Source: Bacteroidota bacterium
GTDB lineage: Bacteria; Bacteroidota; Bacteroidia; UKL13-3
Reading direction: 5' to 3'
DNA: 64,000 bases
Assembly (NCBI GenBank): GCA_046314755.1
Contig: JBKDBG010000033.1
Span: 417 to 64,416 of the forward strand
The number at the start of each line of letters is the position of its first letter. Positions within the stretch are counted from its first letter, which is position 1. The notes below the pieces were generated by a model. That model had not been told where the DNA came from and searched no databases. It saw only the letters and a program-made list of their open reading frames with translations. The translations under genes and the position numbers were made by a program. Positions 8,909 to 19,088 of the stretch are shown one piece after another.

Positions 8909-9005
8909 TTCTTTCAGTGATTTATTTCTGAAAGGGGATGCAATATTAGTTTATGAAAATTAAAAACACAATATTTGCAACAAAATTTTTTAAAAATATT
9001 TTCGC

Positions 9006-9929
9006 ATGAGTTTATTAATAGTTGGTAGTGTGGCATTTGACGCCATTGAAACCCCTTTCGGAAAAACTGACAAAATTATTGGTGGTGCTGCTTCGTACAT
9101 TAGTTTAGCTGCAAGTTACTTTACAAAAAAATCAAAATTAGTTGCTGTTGTTGGTGAAGATTTTCCAAATGCATTTATTCAAACCTTGCAATCAAAAGGA
9201 GTTGATACAGAAGGACTACAAATTAAGCAAGGTGAAAAATCGTTTTTCTGGAGCGGTAAATACCACACAGATATGAACAGCCGAGACACCTTGGTTACTG
9301 AACTAAACGTGTTAGGCAACTTCGATCCTATTATTCCTGATTCATACCAAGATTGCCAATATTTAATGTTGGGAAATTTAACTCCTGCGGTTCAACAAAC
9401 GGTGCTTAATCGTTTGCATAAACGTCCGAAATTAGTGGTAATGGATACCATGAATTTTTGGATGGAAGTAGCCTTGGATGATTTGAAACAAACTTTAAAA
9501 ATGGTAGATGTTTTAACCATTAACGATGAAGAAGCACGTCAACTTTCAGGAGAATATTCATTGGTGAAAGCTGCGGCCAAAATCCAAGAAATGGGACCTA
9601 AATATTTAATCATTAAAAAAGGCGAAAACGGAGCATTGTTGTTTCATGGAAAAGAGGTGTTTTTCGCCCCGGCTTTGCCTTTAGAAGAAGTATTTGACCC
9701 AACAGGTGCCGGAGATACATTTGCAGGTGGATTTATCGGCTATTTGGCAAAAACAGACGATATTAGCTTTGAAAACATGAAAAACGCCATCATTTACGGA
9801 TCTGCCATGGCCAGCTTTTGTGTAGAGAAATTTGGAACCGAGCGTATTATGGATTTGCAGGAGGATGAATTACAGCAACGTATTCAGGCATTCCGTAATT
9901 TGGTTAAATTTAACTTGGCTTCGGTATAA
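9006..9929 (+). CDS. PfkB-family sugar/nucleoside kinase
   Basis: DPTGAGDTFAGGFIGYL ATP-binding signature, plus the ribokinase-fold N-terminus LIVGSVAFD. Confidence 0.85.
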   Translation: MSLLIVGSVAFDAIETPFGKTDKIIGGAASYISLAASYFTKKSKLVAVVGEDFPNAFIQTLQSKGVDTEGLQIKQGEKSFFWSGKYHTDMNSRDTLVTELNVLGNFDPIIPDSYQDCQYLMLGNLTPAVQQTVLNRLHKRPKLVVMDTMNFWMEVALDDLKQTLKMVDVLTINDEEARQLSGEYSLVKAAAKIQEMGPKYLIIKKGENGALLFHGKEVFFAPALPLEEVFDPTGAGDTFAGGFIGYLAKTDDISFENMKNAIIYGSAMASFCVEKFGTERIMDLQEDELQQRIQAFRNLVKFNLASV

Positions 9930-9993
9930 CTGTAATTTGTTTAAATAGGCAGGATTACTACATTTGCCATTTACATTAAAAAAACACACAATC

Positions 9994-11265
9994 ATGTCAA
10001 AACAATCAGCAAGCCACAGCAACGACAATCCATTTGAATCAATGATGTCTCGCTTTGATGAAGCTGCGCGCATCATCGGGCTGGATGAAGGATCGTACAA
10101 TGTTTTAAAGTCTCCTCAAAAATCGGTTATTGTTTCAATTCCTGTAACCATGGATAACGGTTTGGTAGAGGTGTTTGAAGGATACCGTGTAGTTCACAAT
10201 GCCAACCTTGGCCCCTCAAAAGGTGGTATTCGCTACAGCATGGATGTTAACCTTGATGAAGTGAAAGCGCTTGCAGCATGGATGACATGGAAATGTGCCG
10301 TAGTAGGTATTCCTTATGGCGGTGGTAAAGGCGGCATTAAATGCGATCCCCGCAAACTTAGCAAAGGAGAATTAGAGCGTTTAACCAGAGCATACACCGA
10401 TTTAATGGTAGATGTTTTTGGCCCTGATAAAGATATTCCGGCTCCGGATATGGGCACAGGCCAACAAGAAATGGCTTGGATAATGGATGAGTACTCAAAG
10501 TTGGTAGGTTATTCTTCACCGGCTGTTGTTACCGGAAAACCATTGGTGTTAGGCGGTTCATTGGGTCGTGTTGAAGCAACCGGACGTGGTGTAATGGTAT
10601 CTACTCGCAGTGCATTATCAAAACTTGGTATCAGCCCGGTTGGATGTACGTGTGCAGTGCAAGGTTTCGGAAACGTGGGTTCCATTTCGGCTAAGCTACT
10701 TGCTATGCAAGGCTTAAAAGTGGTGGCCATTAGTGATGTAACCGGAGGCTATTACAACCCGGAAGGAATTGATGTGGAAGCGGCAATTGCTTACCGCGAT
10801 AATAACGGTGGAACTTTAGAAGGTTTCAACGCACAAAAAATAACCAACGAAGAATTGTTAGAGCTTGACGTAACCGTATTGGTTCCGGCTGCCATGGAAA
10901 ATCAAATTACTGCTGAAAATGCCGATCGCATTAAAGCAAAATTGATTGTTGAAGGAGCAAACGGACCAACAGTTGCCAGCGCTGATGAAATTTTAAATAA
11001 AAAAGGAATTATGGTGGTGCCTGATATTTTAGCAAATGCAGGTGGTGTAACCGTAAGTTATTTTGAGTGGGTTCAAAATCGTTTAGGATATTTTTGGACA
11101 GAAGAACGCGTTTACCGCAGAGCCGACAGAGTGATGAAAACGGCTTTCGAATCAGTTTATGCTGCTTCACAAAAATACAATATCAGCATGCGTATTGCAG
11201 CCTATGTGGTTTCAATTAGCAAAGTTGCCGAAGTAGAAAAACTACGCGGTAAATTTGGGCTGTAG
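9994..11265 (+). CDS. gdhA: Glu/Leu/Phe/Val-family glutamate dehydrogenase
   Basis: GPSKGGIRY and GIPYGGGKGG catalytic motifs and the GFGNVG Rossmann motif. I chose the ATG at 9994 over the TTG at 9964. Confidence 0.9.
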   Translation: MSKQSASHSNDNPFESMMSRFDEAARIIGLDEGSYNVLKSPQKSVIVSIPVTMDNGLVEVFEGYRVVHNANLGPSKGGIRYSMDVNLDEVKALAAWMTWKCAVVGIPYGGGKGGIKCDPRKLSKGELERLTRAYTDLMVDVFGPDKDIPAPDMGTGQQEMAWIMDEYSKLVGYSSPAVVTGKPLVLGGSLGRVEATGRGVMVSTRSALSKLGISPVGCTCAVQGFGNVGSISAKLLAMQGLKVVAISDVTGGYYNPEGIDVEAAIAYRDNNGGTLEGFNAQKITNEELLELDVTVLVPAAMENQITAENADRIKAKLIVEGANGPTVASADEILNKKGIMVVPDILANAGGVTVSYFEWVQNRLGYFWTEERVYRRADRVMKTAFESVYAASQKYNISMRIAAYVVSISKVAEVEKLRGKFGL

Positions 11266-11286
11266 TTGATTTGATAATTATTATTC

Positions 11287-11325
11287 TGCCACAGGTTCAT
11301 GCATTTGTTCCTGTGGCATATTTAT
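11287..11325 (+). terminator. Terminator-like hairpin after gdh
   Basis: TGCCACAGG / CCTGTGGCA 9-bp stem (11287-11295 / 11310-11318) followed by TATTTAT. Confidence 0.5.
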
Positions 11326-11336
11326 AAAACACAATT

Positions 11337-11990
11337 ATGTTACACAAAGAAGGAAAAGCAACCATTTTAATTACCCTACTCGTTTTATTTGCATTGAATG
11401 GCATCGTACAATTTTTATTGCCTGAAATGCTTATTGTTCACAATATTTTATTAGGCATCTCCATTGCTCTTTTAATTATTGTGTTACAATTTTTTCGTAA
11501 TCCAACCATCAAACCAACCTTAGGCGATAACCTTGTGGTTTCACCGGCTGATGGAAAAGTGGTTGTGATAGAAGAGGTTGAAGAGCCTGAGTATTTTAAA
11601 GGTAAACGCGTTCAAATTTCTGTGTTTATGTCGCCTTTCAACGTGCATGTAAACCGCAATCCAATTGCAGGAAAAGTAGCTTACTTTAAGTATCACCCCG
11701 GAAAATATTTGGTGGCCTGGCATCCTAAATCATCAACTGAAAACGAGAGAACAACCACCGTTATTAAACACCAATCGGGCACGGAAGTATTATTCCGCCA
11801 AATTGCAGGTGCACTTGCAAAGCGAATCGTTTGGTATGTAAAAGAAGGTGAATATGTAGCACAATCAAATGAAATGGGATTCATTAAATTCGGTTCCCGT
11901 ATTGATGTGTTTGTTCCCGTGGGCACTAAAATAAGTGTAGAGTTAAATCAGGTGGTTAAAGGTGGCGTGAGTGTATTGGCCGAGATTTAA
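11337..11990 (+). CDS. psd: Phosphatidylserine decarboxylase family proenzyme
   Basis: 217 aa with N-terminal TM helices. It has a conserved FMSPFNVHVNR motif and a FGSRID self-cleavage-type motif. Confidence 0.85.
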   Translation: MLHKEGKATILITLLVLFALNGIVQFLLPEMLIVHNILLGISIALLIIVLQFFRNPTIKPTLGDNLVVSPADGKVVVIEEVEEPEYFKGKRVQISVFMSPFNVHVNRNPIAGKVAYFKYHPGKYLVAWHPKSSTENERTTTVIKHQSGTEVLFRQIAGALAKRIVWYVKEGEYVAQSNEMGFIKFGSRIDVFVPVGTKISVELNQVVKGGVSVLAEI

Positions 11991-12045
11991 TATCATAAAT
12001 CTTTTTTACCTTCGTTGTATTGAATAACATTTAACATTCATCATC

Positions 12046-12309
12046 ATGAAAAAATTAATTTTAACTATTGCCTGCTTAGGAACTGTTGCAGTATTTGCAC
12101 AAACACCTGCTAAAGATAAAAAGCCTGCCACTCAAGCACCTCGAAATGAAGTGGCCAAACAAGAAGTGAAGTTGGTTAATGTGACTCAAAACGATTCGGC
12201 TGCTGCCAACAACTGCGGACCTAAAGAAAACAAAAGCTGCGGAACAAAAAGCAAAAAATCTTGCTGCAGCAAACCGCAACAAAGTTCAAACACAACTACC
12301 AATCCGTAA
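12046..12309 (+). CDS. Small secreted protein with a Lys/Cys-rich C-terminus
   Basis: Signal peptide MKKLILTIACLGTVAVFAQ. C-terminal CGPKENKSCGTKSKKSCCSK. A strong terminator follows the gene. Confidence 0.5.
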   Translation: MKKLILTIACLGTVAVFAQTPAKDKKPATQAPRNEVAKQEVKLVNVTQNDSAAANNCGPKENKSCGTKSKKSCCSKPQQSSNTTTNP

Positions 12310-12329
12310 TACATAAAAGATTGAAGCAT

Positions 12330-12362
12330 AAAAAAACCGACTCAATGGGTCGGTTTTTTTTA
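12330..12362. terminator. Bidirectional Rho-independent terminator between convergent genes
   Basis: A7-CCGAC-TCAATGG-GTCGG-T9. The A-run and the T-run flank the stem on both sides. Confidence 0.8.
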
Positions 12363-12379
12363 TGCTGTTCGTGATGTGA

Positions 12380-13318
12380 TTAAAATTCCATCACCACCTT
12401 TTCCTTTTCTTTTTTCATTTTCTCGGGAATCGCATCAAGTAAGGCACCTGTAAATGCATCAATCAATTGTTTCTTTAAATCAATACGATGGGTTACCACA
12501 CTTATTTCTCTTACAGGCTCAGGCTTTTTAAAATACCTTACTCGTTCCATCTGCTCATCATTAAAATCAAATATGCTCATTTCAGGTAAGATGGTTATGC
12601 CATGGTTTACCTCAACCATGCGCTTAATGGTTTCTAAACTTCCGGTTTGGTATTGAAACTGTTTATTGCGTGAAATATTTTTACCGCCTTGGCAAAGGTT
12701 TAAAACCTGATTTCGCAAACAGTGACCTTCATTTAATATCCAAGTTTCGGTAGCGTCAATATCATCGGGAGCTAAAATCTTTTTACTGAACAACCGATGG
12801 TCTTCACTCATATAGGCCACAAGCGGTTCATAAAATAATGGTGTGTATTGCAAATAACCGGCTTCAATAGGTGTTGCCATAATACCGCAATCCAACTGAT
12901 CGTTTTTTAGTTGCTGTAAAATTTGCGAAGTGGTTACTTCAACAATTTCAATATTTACTTTAGGATACTTCTTAATAAAATCAACCAAAAACAAAGGCAA
13001 TACATAAGGCGCAATAGTAGGGATGATTCCAATACGCAATTGTCCGCTTAGTTCACCGCTGCGTTGTTCTTGAACAACCTCCGTTAATCGATTACATTGT
13101 TTTAAAATTTCACGTGCTTGTTGTATTACCCTTACTCCTATTTCGGTGGCAACAACTGGCTGCCTGCTTCTATCAAAAATGCGTATACCTAACTCCTTCT
13201 CTAGTTTTTGTATTTGCATACTTAATGCAGGTTGACTAACCGAGCATTTTTCAGCTGCCGTTAAAAAATTTCCGTGGGTATCAACAGCAATAATATATTC
13301 TAACTGTGTGATTGTCAT
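12380..13318 (-). CDS. oxyR: LysR-family peroxide-sensing regulator OxyR
   Basis: N-terminal LysR HTH (MTITQLEYIIAV...SQPALSMQIQKLE). The GHCLRNQVLNLC motif has two Cys at the same 9-residue spacing as E. coli OxyR C199/C208. Confidence 0.85.
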   Translation of the reverse strand: MTITQLEYIIAVDTHGNFLTAAEKCSVSQPALSMQIQKLEKELGIRIFDRSRQPVVATEIGVRVIQQAREILKQCNRLTEVVQEQRSGELSGQLRIGIIPTIAPYVLPLFLVDFIKKYPKVNIEIVEVTTSQILQQLKNDQLDCGIMATPIEAGYLQYTPLFYEPLVAYMSEDHRLFSKKILAPDDIDATETWILNEGHCLRNQVLNLCQGGKNISRNKQFQYQTGSLETIKRMVEVNHGITILPEMSIFDFNDEQMERVRYFKKPEPVREISVVTHRIDLKKQLIDAFTGALLDAIPEKMKKEKEKVVMEF

Positions 13319-13392
13319 ATCAACAAAACTAATTAATAATTAAAACAAAATAGCTTTGTGTGATAAGAATCATTATTGCGCTACATTACGCA

Positions 13393-14154
13393 CTAATAAT
13401 GAGTGTTTTGAATGAATTTTAAGAGATGTTTGGCCAAATGTTCGGACTCTTCAATATGCCCCATATGAGCTGAGTTTTGCAACAATGCAACATAACTTTG
13501 TTGAACACGTAAAGCCTGCTCCATCATGATAGATTTTGGAATTAACTCATCCTCATAACCAATGGCAAAAAATACAGGCAAATTGGTTTCACGCAACCAA
13601 TCTCTACTGTCAGGGCGTTCACGCATGACCATTAAAGAACCCACTAATCCTTCAGAAGTAAACTCCTCTGCAGCATCAATCAAATATTGATATTCGTGTG
13701 ATGGGAAATTGGATTTGAAGAGTGGAGGAATAAAGTTTTTGGCATAAAACGCAGCCCCTTTTTGTTCAATCAGTTTTATGGCTTGTAATCTTTTTTCTTT
13801 TCTGGTTTCATCATCAGCATAAGCAGTGCTATGCATCAATCCGAATCCGTTGAGGTGAGCAGTATACTTTTTTGCAAAGGCAAGGGTGGCATATCCGCCC
13901 ATGCTATGTCCAAACATAAAACACTTTTCAACGCCCAACGCATTCAAAAGGGCTTTGATTTCATCCGCCATTTTTTCCATGGTTAAACCGGGTATAACAG
14001 GTGATTTTCCGGCCCCTGGTAAATCAGGTAAAATAAGTTTACAGTGCTCCTTAAGCAACAACACCTGCTTGTTGAAGCAGGTGTTGTTTTCGCAAAATCC
14101 ATGTATGAGCACTACAACCGGACCGTTTTCGCCATATTGGTTATAGTGTAACAT
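13393..14154 (-). CDS. Alpha/beta-fold hydrolase
   Basis: GHSMGG nucleophile elbow, HGF oxyanion motif and a C-terminal His (SAHMGHIE). Confidence 0.85.
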   Translation of the reverse strand: MLHYNQYGENGPVVVLIHGFCENNTCFNKQVLLLKEHCKLILPDLPGAGKSPVIPGLTMEKMADEIKALLNALGVEKCFMFGHSMGGYATLAFAKKYTAHLNGFGLMHSTAYADDETRKEKRLQAIKLIEQKGAAFYAKNFIPPLFKSNFPSHEYQYLIDAAEEFTSEGLVGSLMVMRERPDSRDWLRETNLPVFFAIGYEDELIPKSIMMEQALRVQQSYVALLQNSAHMGHIEESEHLAKHLLKFIQNTHY

Positions 14155-14160
14155 ATTGTG

Positions 14161-16299
14161 TTAATAAAATAAGTATCTGTTGTCTTTTACGTTTTTCAAT
14201 TCTTTCAACGTTTCAAAAGTTGCATACTCCACTCTGTTTGCAAGTTGACCTTGCACTTCCGTTTTATAAATTGAATAATCGGTTGTGGCAGACGCCTCAT
14301 TTACTTTTTTAATCATGTAAATGTATACTGCATTATCACCTTTTACCGGACCTAATATTTTGCCTTGTGTTTTGGTACCAAACAAGGTTCCTACCATTAC
14401 ATTATCAGGACCGACATAAGCAATGTTGTTGTTTTCAAAAGTTTGTCCCATTAATGGTGAAACCGATACTTGCAATTTTGTGGCAATGCTTTGTAAATCG
14501 CTTGCACCCGAAACAGCCACTTGAGCTTTCTCCATTAACTGCTCAGCTTTTTTCTCCTTGCGGTAATCTGCTTCAATACGTGCTTTTGCAGTTTCAAAAT
14601 CAGCCTTACCTTTTTCTCTGATATTGGTTAATACGGCTACTACAAATTTATCACCGGCAGAAAACACTTCCGATACTGCATCTTTCTCAGCATTGAACGA
14701 CCAACGAACAATTTCACGAGCTTCAGAAATAATGCCACCTACTTGTTTATCATTTTCTCTCATGAATTCTGCTGTCCTAATCACAAATTGATTATCTGCA
14801 GCCACCTTCTTAAACGACTCTAAGTTACTGATAGAAGCAGCAAATTGACTTGCCGCATTGTAAGCAGTAGTTGTTGTGCTTTCACTTGGTGAAATGCTTC
14901 TTGCTAAGTTGGCAGCACACACTAATTTCTTCGATTTATCTTCTGTAATTTTTAAGATGTGAATGCCAAATTGTGTTTTTACAATTTTCAAATCACCCTT
15001 TTTGCCGTTTAATGCAGCATCGTTAAATTCTTTTACCATTTGTCCTTCTGCAAACCAGCCTAGGTCACCGCCCTTTTGTGCAGTTCCGTCAGTTCCATAT
15101 TGAGCAGCCAATGCAGCAAAATCTCCACCGTTTTTAATTTGAGCTAAAACCTCAGCTGCTTTTTTCATGGTCGCTGCAGTGTCATTGTTATCAATACGGA
15201 ATAAAATGTGGCTCGCACGCATTTGGAATACCGAGTCTTGTTTAATGCCCACAACTTTATAAATGTTGTATCTGCCATCTTGGAAAACAGGACCAATAAT
15301 TGAACCTGCAGAATCGCGGAAAATTCTATCCGCTACTTCTTCAGGATATGCCGCACGTGGCTTAGCCGTTGGATCAAATTTAACCTCGCTGTTTGCATCA
15401 ACATACAAGGTATCGTTTACTGCATTTGCAAATTGAATTTTTTGCTCATTGGCCCATCTTAATGCATCAGCACTATCTTGCGCACTTGCAACTGCATCAA
15501 ACAAAACAAATTCAATTCTTCTTGAATTTTCTTTTTCAGCATATTTCTTGCTGTTTTTATTCATGAATGATTTTAATTCCGAATCATCAACTTTAATGGT
15601 TGAATCTGCGATGCTGAAGTAATTTAATGCAACAGCATCAACATCCATATTGCGTGAACGGTTTTGGTAAAGCGCTTTAGCTTCAAGTGAAGTTGCATAA
15701 ACCCCTTTACGAATCAACGCATAGTATTTTTTACTTTCTTGTTCTTTTAATAATCCATCTTCAAAAGCTAACCATTGATTCTTTGCTTCAGCATCATTTC
15801 TCGTTTCCAAATCTTTTAGAAAGCGAATAACCAACGTACGATCAAATTGGCCGGTTTGCGGATTTTTGAAAACCGGTGCTTGTTGAATTTGCGGATGCGG
15901 ATTATCACCTTGAACCAAATCAAACAATTCCTCGTTGGTTACCTTAATGCCCAAATCTTCATACTCATCCACCATGATACCTTCCATAATCATTTGGCTC
16001 CAAGTTTGTTCACGAACCATGTCAATGGTGTTTTGATCCATCTTTCCATCAGGACCCATTTGTTGACGAGCTAACTCGGTATTTTGTGCAACTTTGGCTT
16101 CAAAGGTTTTTACACCAATTCCTTCGCCATTAATTTCACCAACATCGGTAACGTTAGATCCACCGAATATTCGGCTATTATTTTGTAAGGCATCTGAAAT
16201 CACAAATAACGCCAATGCACCGCCTACAAAAGCAATAGCTAAACCCGAACGGTTTCTTATTTTCTCTAAAATCGACATATTTTGTTTGTTATTATCCAT
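14161..16299 (-). CDS. PpiD/SurA-like periplasmic peptidyl-prolyl isomerase chaperone with an N-terminal membrane anchor
   Basis: The start ...MSILEKIRNRSGLAIAFVGGALALFV is typical of PpiD. Parvulin motifs are ASHILF and GGDLGWF...FGIHILK. The start is ATG 16299 or 16278; the longer track ORF is discounted. Confidence 0.85.
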   Translation of the reverse strand: MDNNKQNMSILEKIRNRSGLAIAFVGGALALFVISDALQNNSRIFGGSNVTDVGEINGEGIGVKTFEAKVAQNTELARQQMGPDGKMDQNTIDMVREQTWSQMIMEGIMVDEYEDLGIKVTNEELFDLVQGDNPHPQIQQAPVFKNPQTGQFDRTLVIRFLKDLETRNDAEAKNQWLAFEDGLLKEQESKKYYALIRKGVYATSLEAKALYQNRSRNMDVDAVALNYFSIADSTIKVDDSELKSFMNKNSKKYAEKENSRRIEFVLFDAVASAQDSADALRWANEQKIQFANAVNDTLYVDANSEVKFDPTAKPRAAYPEEVADRIFRDSAGSIIGPVFQDGRYNIYKVVGIKQDSVFQMRASHILFRIDNNDTAATMKKAAEVLAQIKNGGDFAALAAQYGTDGTAQKGGDLGWFAEGQMVKEFNDAALNGKKGDLKIVKTQFGIHILKITEDKSKKLVCAANLARSISPSESTTTTAYNAASQFAASISNLESFKKVAADNQFVIRTAEFMRENDKQVGGIISEAREIVRWSFNAEKDAVSEVFSAGDKFVVAVLTNIREKGKADFETAKARIEADYRKEKKAEQLMEKAQVAVSGASDLQSIATKLQVSVSPLMGQTFENNNIAYVGPDNVMVGTLFGTKTQGKILGPVKGDNAVYIYMIKKVNEASATTDYSIYKTEVQGQLANRVEYATFETLKELKNVKDNRYLFY

Positions 16300-16401
16300 A
16301 TTTTGAAGCGAGCGAAAATAAATTTGTTCAGTATATAAAGCAACACCTTTTTCTTGGTGTGCTGAGTTATAAATCAAATCTTTGCATAAATTTATCATTA
16401 C

Positions 16402-17139
16402 ATGACACCCGAAAACGATGTTAATCCTGACAAACAGAATCATTTGTTTCTCATTCCCAGCTTTTTATCAGAAAACAATGATGCAGGATTTATTCCTGAA
16501 TACACCAAAGAGAAAATTCGTCACTTAAAACATTTTGTGGTTGAAAGTTCAAAAAGTGCCCGTGCCTTTCTCAAAAAAATGCAAATAAGCACTCCTCAAC
16601 AGGAGTTGGTGGTTGAAGAATGGAACGAGCATAGTAAACCCGAAGATTTACAAGAAATTGAAATGCTTTTTAAACAAAAACATAATCTTGGATTACTATC
16701 AGATGCAGGATTGCCTTGTGTTGCCGACCCCGGAAACCAGGTGGTGATGTTGGCCTACCGTTATGGATACAAGGTGACTCCTTTGCCGGGTTCATCAAGT
16801 TTATTTTTGGCATTAATGAGCAGTGGATTTAATGGACAACAATTTGCTTTTAACGGGTATTTGCCAATTGACAAATCGCAACGAGTTAAGAAAATAAAAG
16901 AAATGGAAAACTTGGTGTTGCAAAAGAACCAAACCCAAATCTTTATGGAGGCTCCATATAGGAACAATCAACTATTAGAGAGCATTTTGGGGGTTTGCGA
17001 CAAACAAACAAAACTGTGCATTGCATGCGATATCTCTTCACATGAAGAAATTATTTTAACCAAAACAATCCAAAATTGGACGAATTATCGTATAGATTTG
17101 CATAAAAAGCCGGTCATTTTTATACTGGGAAAATATTGA
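16402..17139 (+). CDS. Tetrapyrrole-methylase-fold SAM-dependent methyltransferase (RsmI-like)
   Basis: LFLIPSFL N-terminus, DAGLPCVADPG motif and PGSSSL motif, as in the RsmI/TP_methylase family. Confidence 0.65.
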   Translation: MTPENDVNPDKQNHLFLIPSFLSENNDAGFIPEYTKEKIRHLKHFVVESSKSARAFLKKMQISTPQQELVVEEWNEHSKPEDLQEIEMLFKQKHNLGLLSDAGLPCVADPGNQVVMLAYRYGYKVTPLPGSSSLFLALMSSGFNGQQFAFNGYLPIDKSQRVKKIKEMENLVLQKNQTQIFMEAPYRNNQLLESILGVCDKQTKLCIACDISSHEEIILTKTIQNWTNYRIDLHKKPVIFILGKY

Positions 17140-17143
17140 AGTT

Positions 17144-18376
17144 ATGGAAAATATTGATCGGATAATACAAGATGAGAATAGATTAAACGCATTGTACGCA
17201 TACAATATTCTTGACACCGATGCTGAACAAGATTTTAATGAAATTGTTGAGTTGGCTTCAAAGATTTGCAATACACCTATTTCTCTTATTTCTTTACTTG
17301 ATGACAAAAGACAATGGTTTAAAGCTAAGGTTGGTGTTGAAGTAAACGAAACCCCTGTTGAACTTGCATTTTGCAGACATGCCATAGCCAACAATAACAC
17401 ATTTGTTGTAGAAAACACACTGAATGACGAACGTTTTGCTCACAATCCTTTGGTTACTGAACAACCTTCCGTACGATTTTATGCTGGAGCGCCTCTAACC
17501 ACGCCAACAGGCGAAAACATTGGAACACTTTGTGTAATTGATACCGTTCAAAAACAACTTACCCAAGAGCAAATGGATGCCTTGCGCATTTTAGCTAAAC
17601 AAGTGGTAAAACAACTTGAATTAAGAAAAAGTGTAAAAGCATTAGAGCAAAGCAAAGCGGTATTAGCCAAACAAAATGAATCACTTATTGGCTTTAATGA
17701 TTTTAAAACCAAAGTGCTTTCGGTAATTGGGCATGATTTAAAATCTCCAATGGCTATTATCAATTCTTTACTTTCATTATTGGTGAGTGAAGACATCACA
17801 GCAGAAGAATTTAAAACCCATGCAGAAACCCTTCAACGAGAAACCAAACAATCTGAAATTACACTAACTAATTTGTTAAGTTGGGCCGAGCGACATTTCG
17901 AACAAAAAGATTTGGTGTACCATCAAACCAGTCTTATTAGTTTACTACAAAATGCAGTAGAGTGGAATAACACGTTTGTTAAAGCAAAACAGATTAATGT
18001 GCAATACAACTGTTTGCCTCAAAACGAAACAGCAGTAAAATTGGATGAGCAAGCGGTGCACATTATTTTGCGAAACCTCATTAACAATGCCATTAAATTC
18101 AGCAAGCCCGGCCAAACAATTACCCTTAGTGCTCATTGCGAAAACAACACTTTTCTTTTGGCAGTAAAGGATGACGGTGTGGGCATGGATAGCCAACAAT
18201 TGAGCAGTTTATTTAACTCGAAAGAACATTTTTCGGAATATGGAACCAAAGGCGAGAAAGGGGCCGGAATCGGCTTATTGCTTTCGAAGAGTTTTTGCGA
18301 CTCCTTAAATGGTAAACTATGGGCTGAAAGCTCACCCGGCTTAGGTACCACTTTTAAGTGCGAATTCCCTCTTTAG
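17144..18376 (+). CDS. GAF-domain sensor histidine kinase
   Basis: N-terminal GAF domain (ISLISLLDDKRQWFKAK...FYAGAPL), H-box VIGHDLKSP, and N, G1 and G2 boxes (NLINNAIKFS, DDGVGM, GAGIGL). No response regulator is adjacent. Confidence 0.85.
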   Translation: MENIDRIIQDENRLNALYAYNILDTDAEQDFNEIVELASKICNTPISLISLLDDKRQWFKAKVGVEVNETPVELAFCRHAIANNNTFVVENTLNDERFAHNPLVTEQPSVRFYAGAPLTTPTGENIGTLCVIDTVQKQLTQEQMDALRILAKQVVKQLELRKSVKALEQSKAVLAKQNESLIGFNDFKTKVLSVIGHDLKSPMAIINSLLSLLVSEDITAEEFKTHAETLQRETKQSEITLTNLLSWAERHFEQKDLVYHQTSLISLLQNAVEWNNTFVKAKQINVQYNCLPQNETAVKLDEQAVHIILRNLINNAIKFSKPGQTITLSAHCENNTFLLAVKDDGVGMDSQQLSSLFNSKEHFSEYGTKGEKGAGIGLLLSKSFCDSLNGKLWAESSPGLGTTFKCEFPL

Positions 18377-18427
18377 CAAACACTTACAATAATTTCTTGT
18401 TTTTTAAATTGGATTTCCTAACTTTGT

Positions 18428-18441
18428 CTAACATGTGTTAG
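18428..18441. promoter_or_regulatory. Candidate TetR operator palindrome
   Basis: CTAACA-TG-TGTTAG is a perfect 6-2-6 inverted repeat ending 4 nt before the tetR start codon. An extra CCTAAC half-site lies at 18417-18422. Confidence 0.35.
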
Positions 18442-18444
18442 GTC

Positions 18445-19053
18445 ATGGAAATAACAATACCAAGTCGTAAGCAACAAATTATTGAAACTGCAGCAGGCAT
18501 GTTTCGTGAAAAAGGCTATGCTGCAAGTTCAATGCGCGATCTTGCATCCTTACTAGGAATCGAAGCGGCCAGTATTTATCATCATGTAAAATCAAAAGAA
18601 GAAATTTTGGAAACCATTTGCTTTGATTTGGCTGATCAACTTGTTCATGCCATTGCAGAAGTGAATGATATTTATTTTAACGCGGAAGAACGTTTGCGAT
18701 TAGCAATCAAAAACCACATCACTATTATTACGCATAACATTAACCGTTCGGGTGTTTTTTTGCATGAATGGAGAAGCTTAACCGAACCTAAATTAAGCGA
18801 ATTTAAAACGCTAAGAGCTGCCTACGAAAATGAATTAAGATTAATTATTGCCGATGGAATTAAAGAAGATGCGTTTGATGATGTGGACGAAAAATTTGCG
18901 ACACTCACCATTTTGTCAACCGTAAACTGGGTTACCGAGTGGTTTAACAAAGATGGCAAAATGAACGCAGAACAGGTGGCCGATAAATTATGTGATTTTA
19001 TACTTGGCGGACTTCGAAAAAAATTAATTACCGATATTAATTACAAACCATAA
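18445..19053 (+). CDS. TetR/AcrR-family transcriptional regulator, likely regulator of the paa genes
   Basis: The N-terminal [39 protein letters not shown] is the TetR signature. It lies directly upstream of paaA. Confidence 0.9.
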   Translation: MEITIPSRKQQIIETAAGMFREKGYAASSMRDLASLLGIEAASIYHHVKSKEEILETICFDLADQLVHAIAEVNDIYFNAEERLRLAIKNHITIITHNINRSGVFLHEWRSLTEPKLSEFKTLRAAYENELRLIIADGIKEDAFDDVDEKFATLTILSTVNWVTEWFNKDGKMNAEQVADKLCDFILGGLRKKLITDINYKP

Positions 19054-19088
19054 CACATTCATCATTCAAAAATTTAAAAGTTAATTAT

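Noticed and set aside
8700-8940. An integrative-element attachment site at tRNA-Asn
   Set aside because: The duplicated segment is the 5' half of the tRNA, not the 3' end. No integrase or island-like gene content flanks it; the neighbours are SusD and the PfkB kinase.
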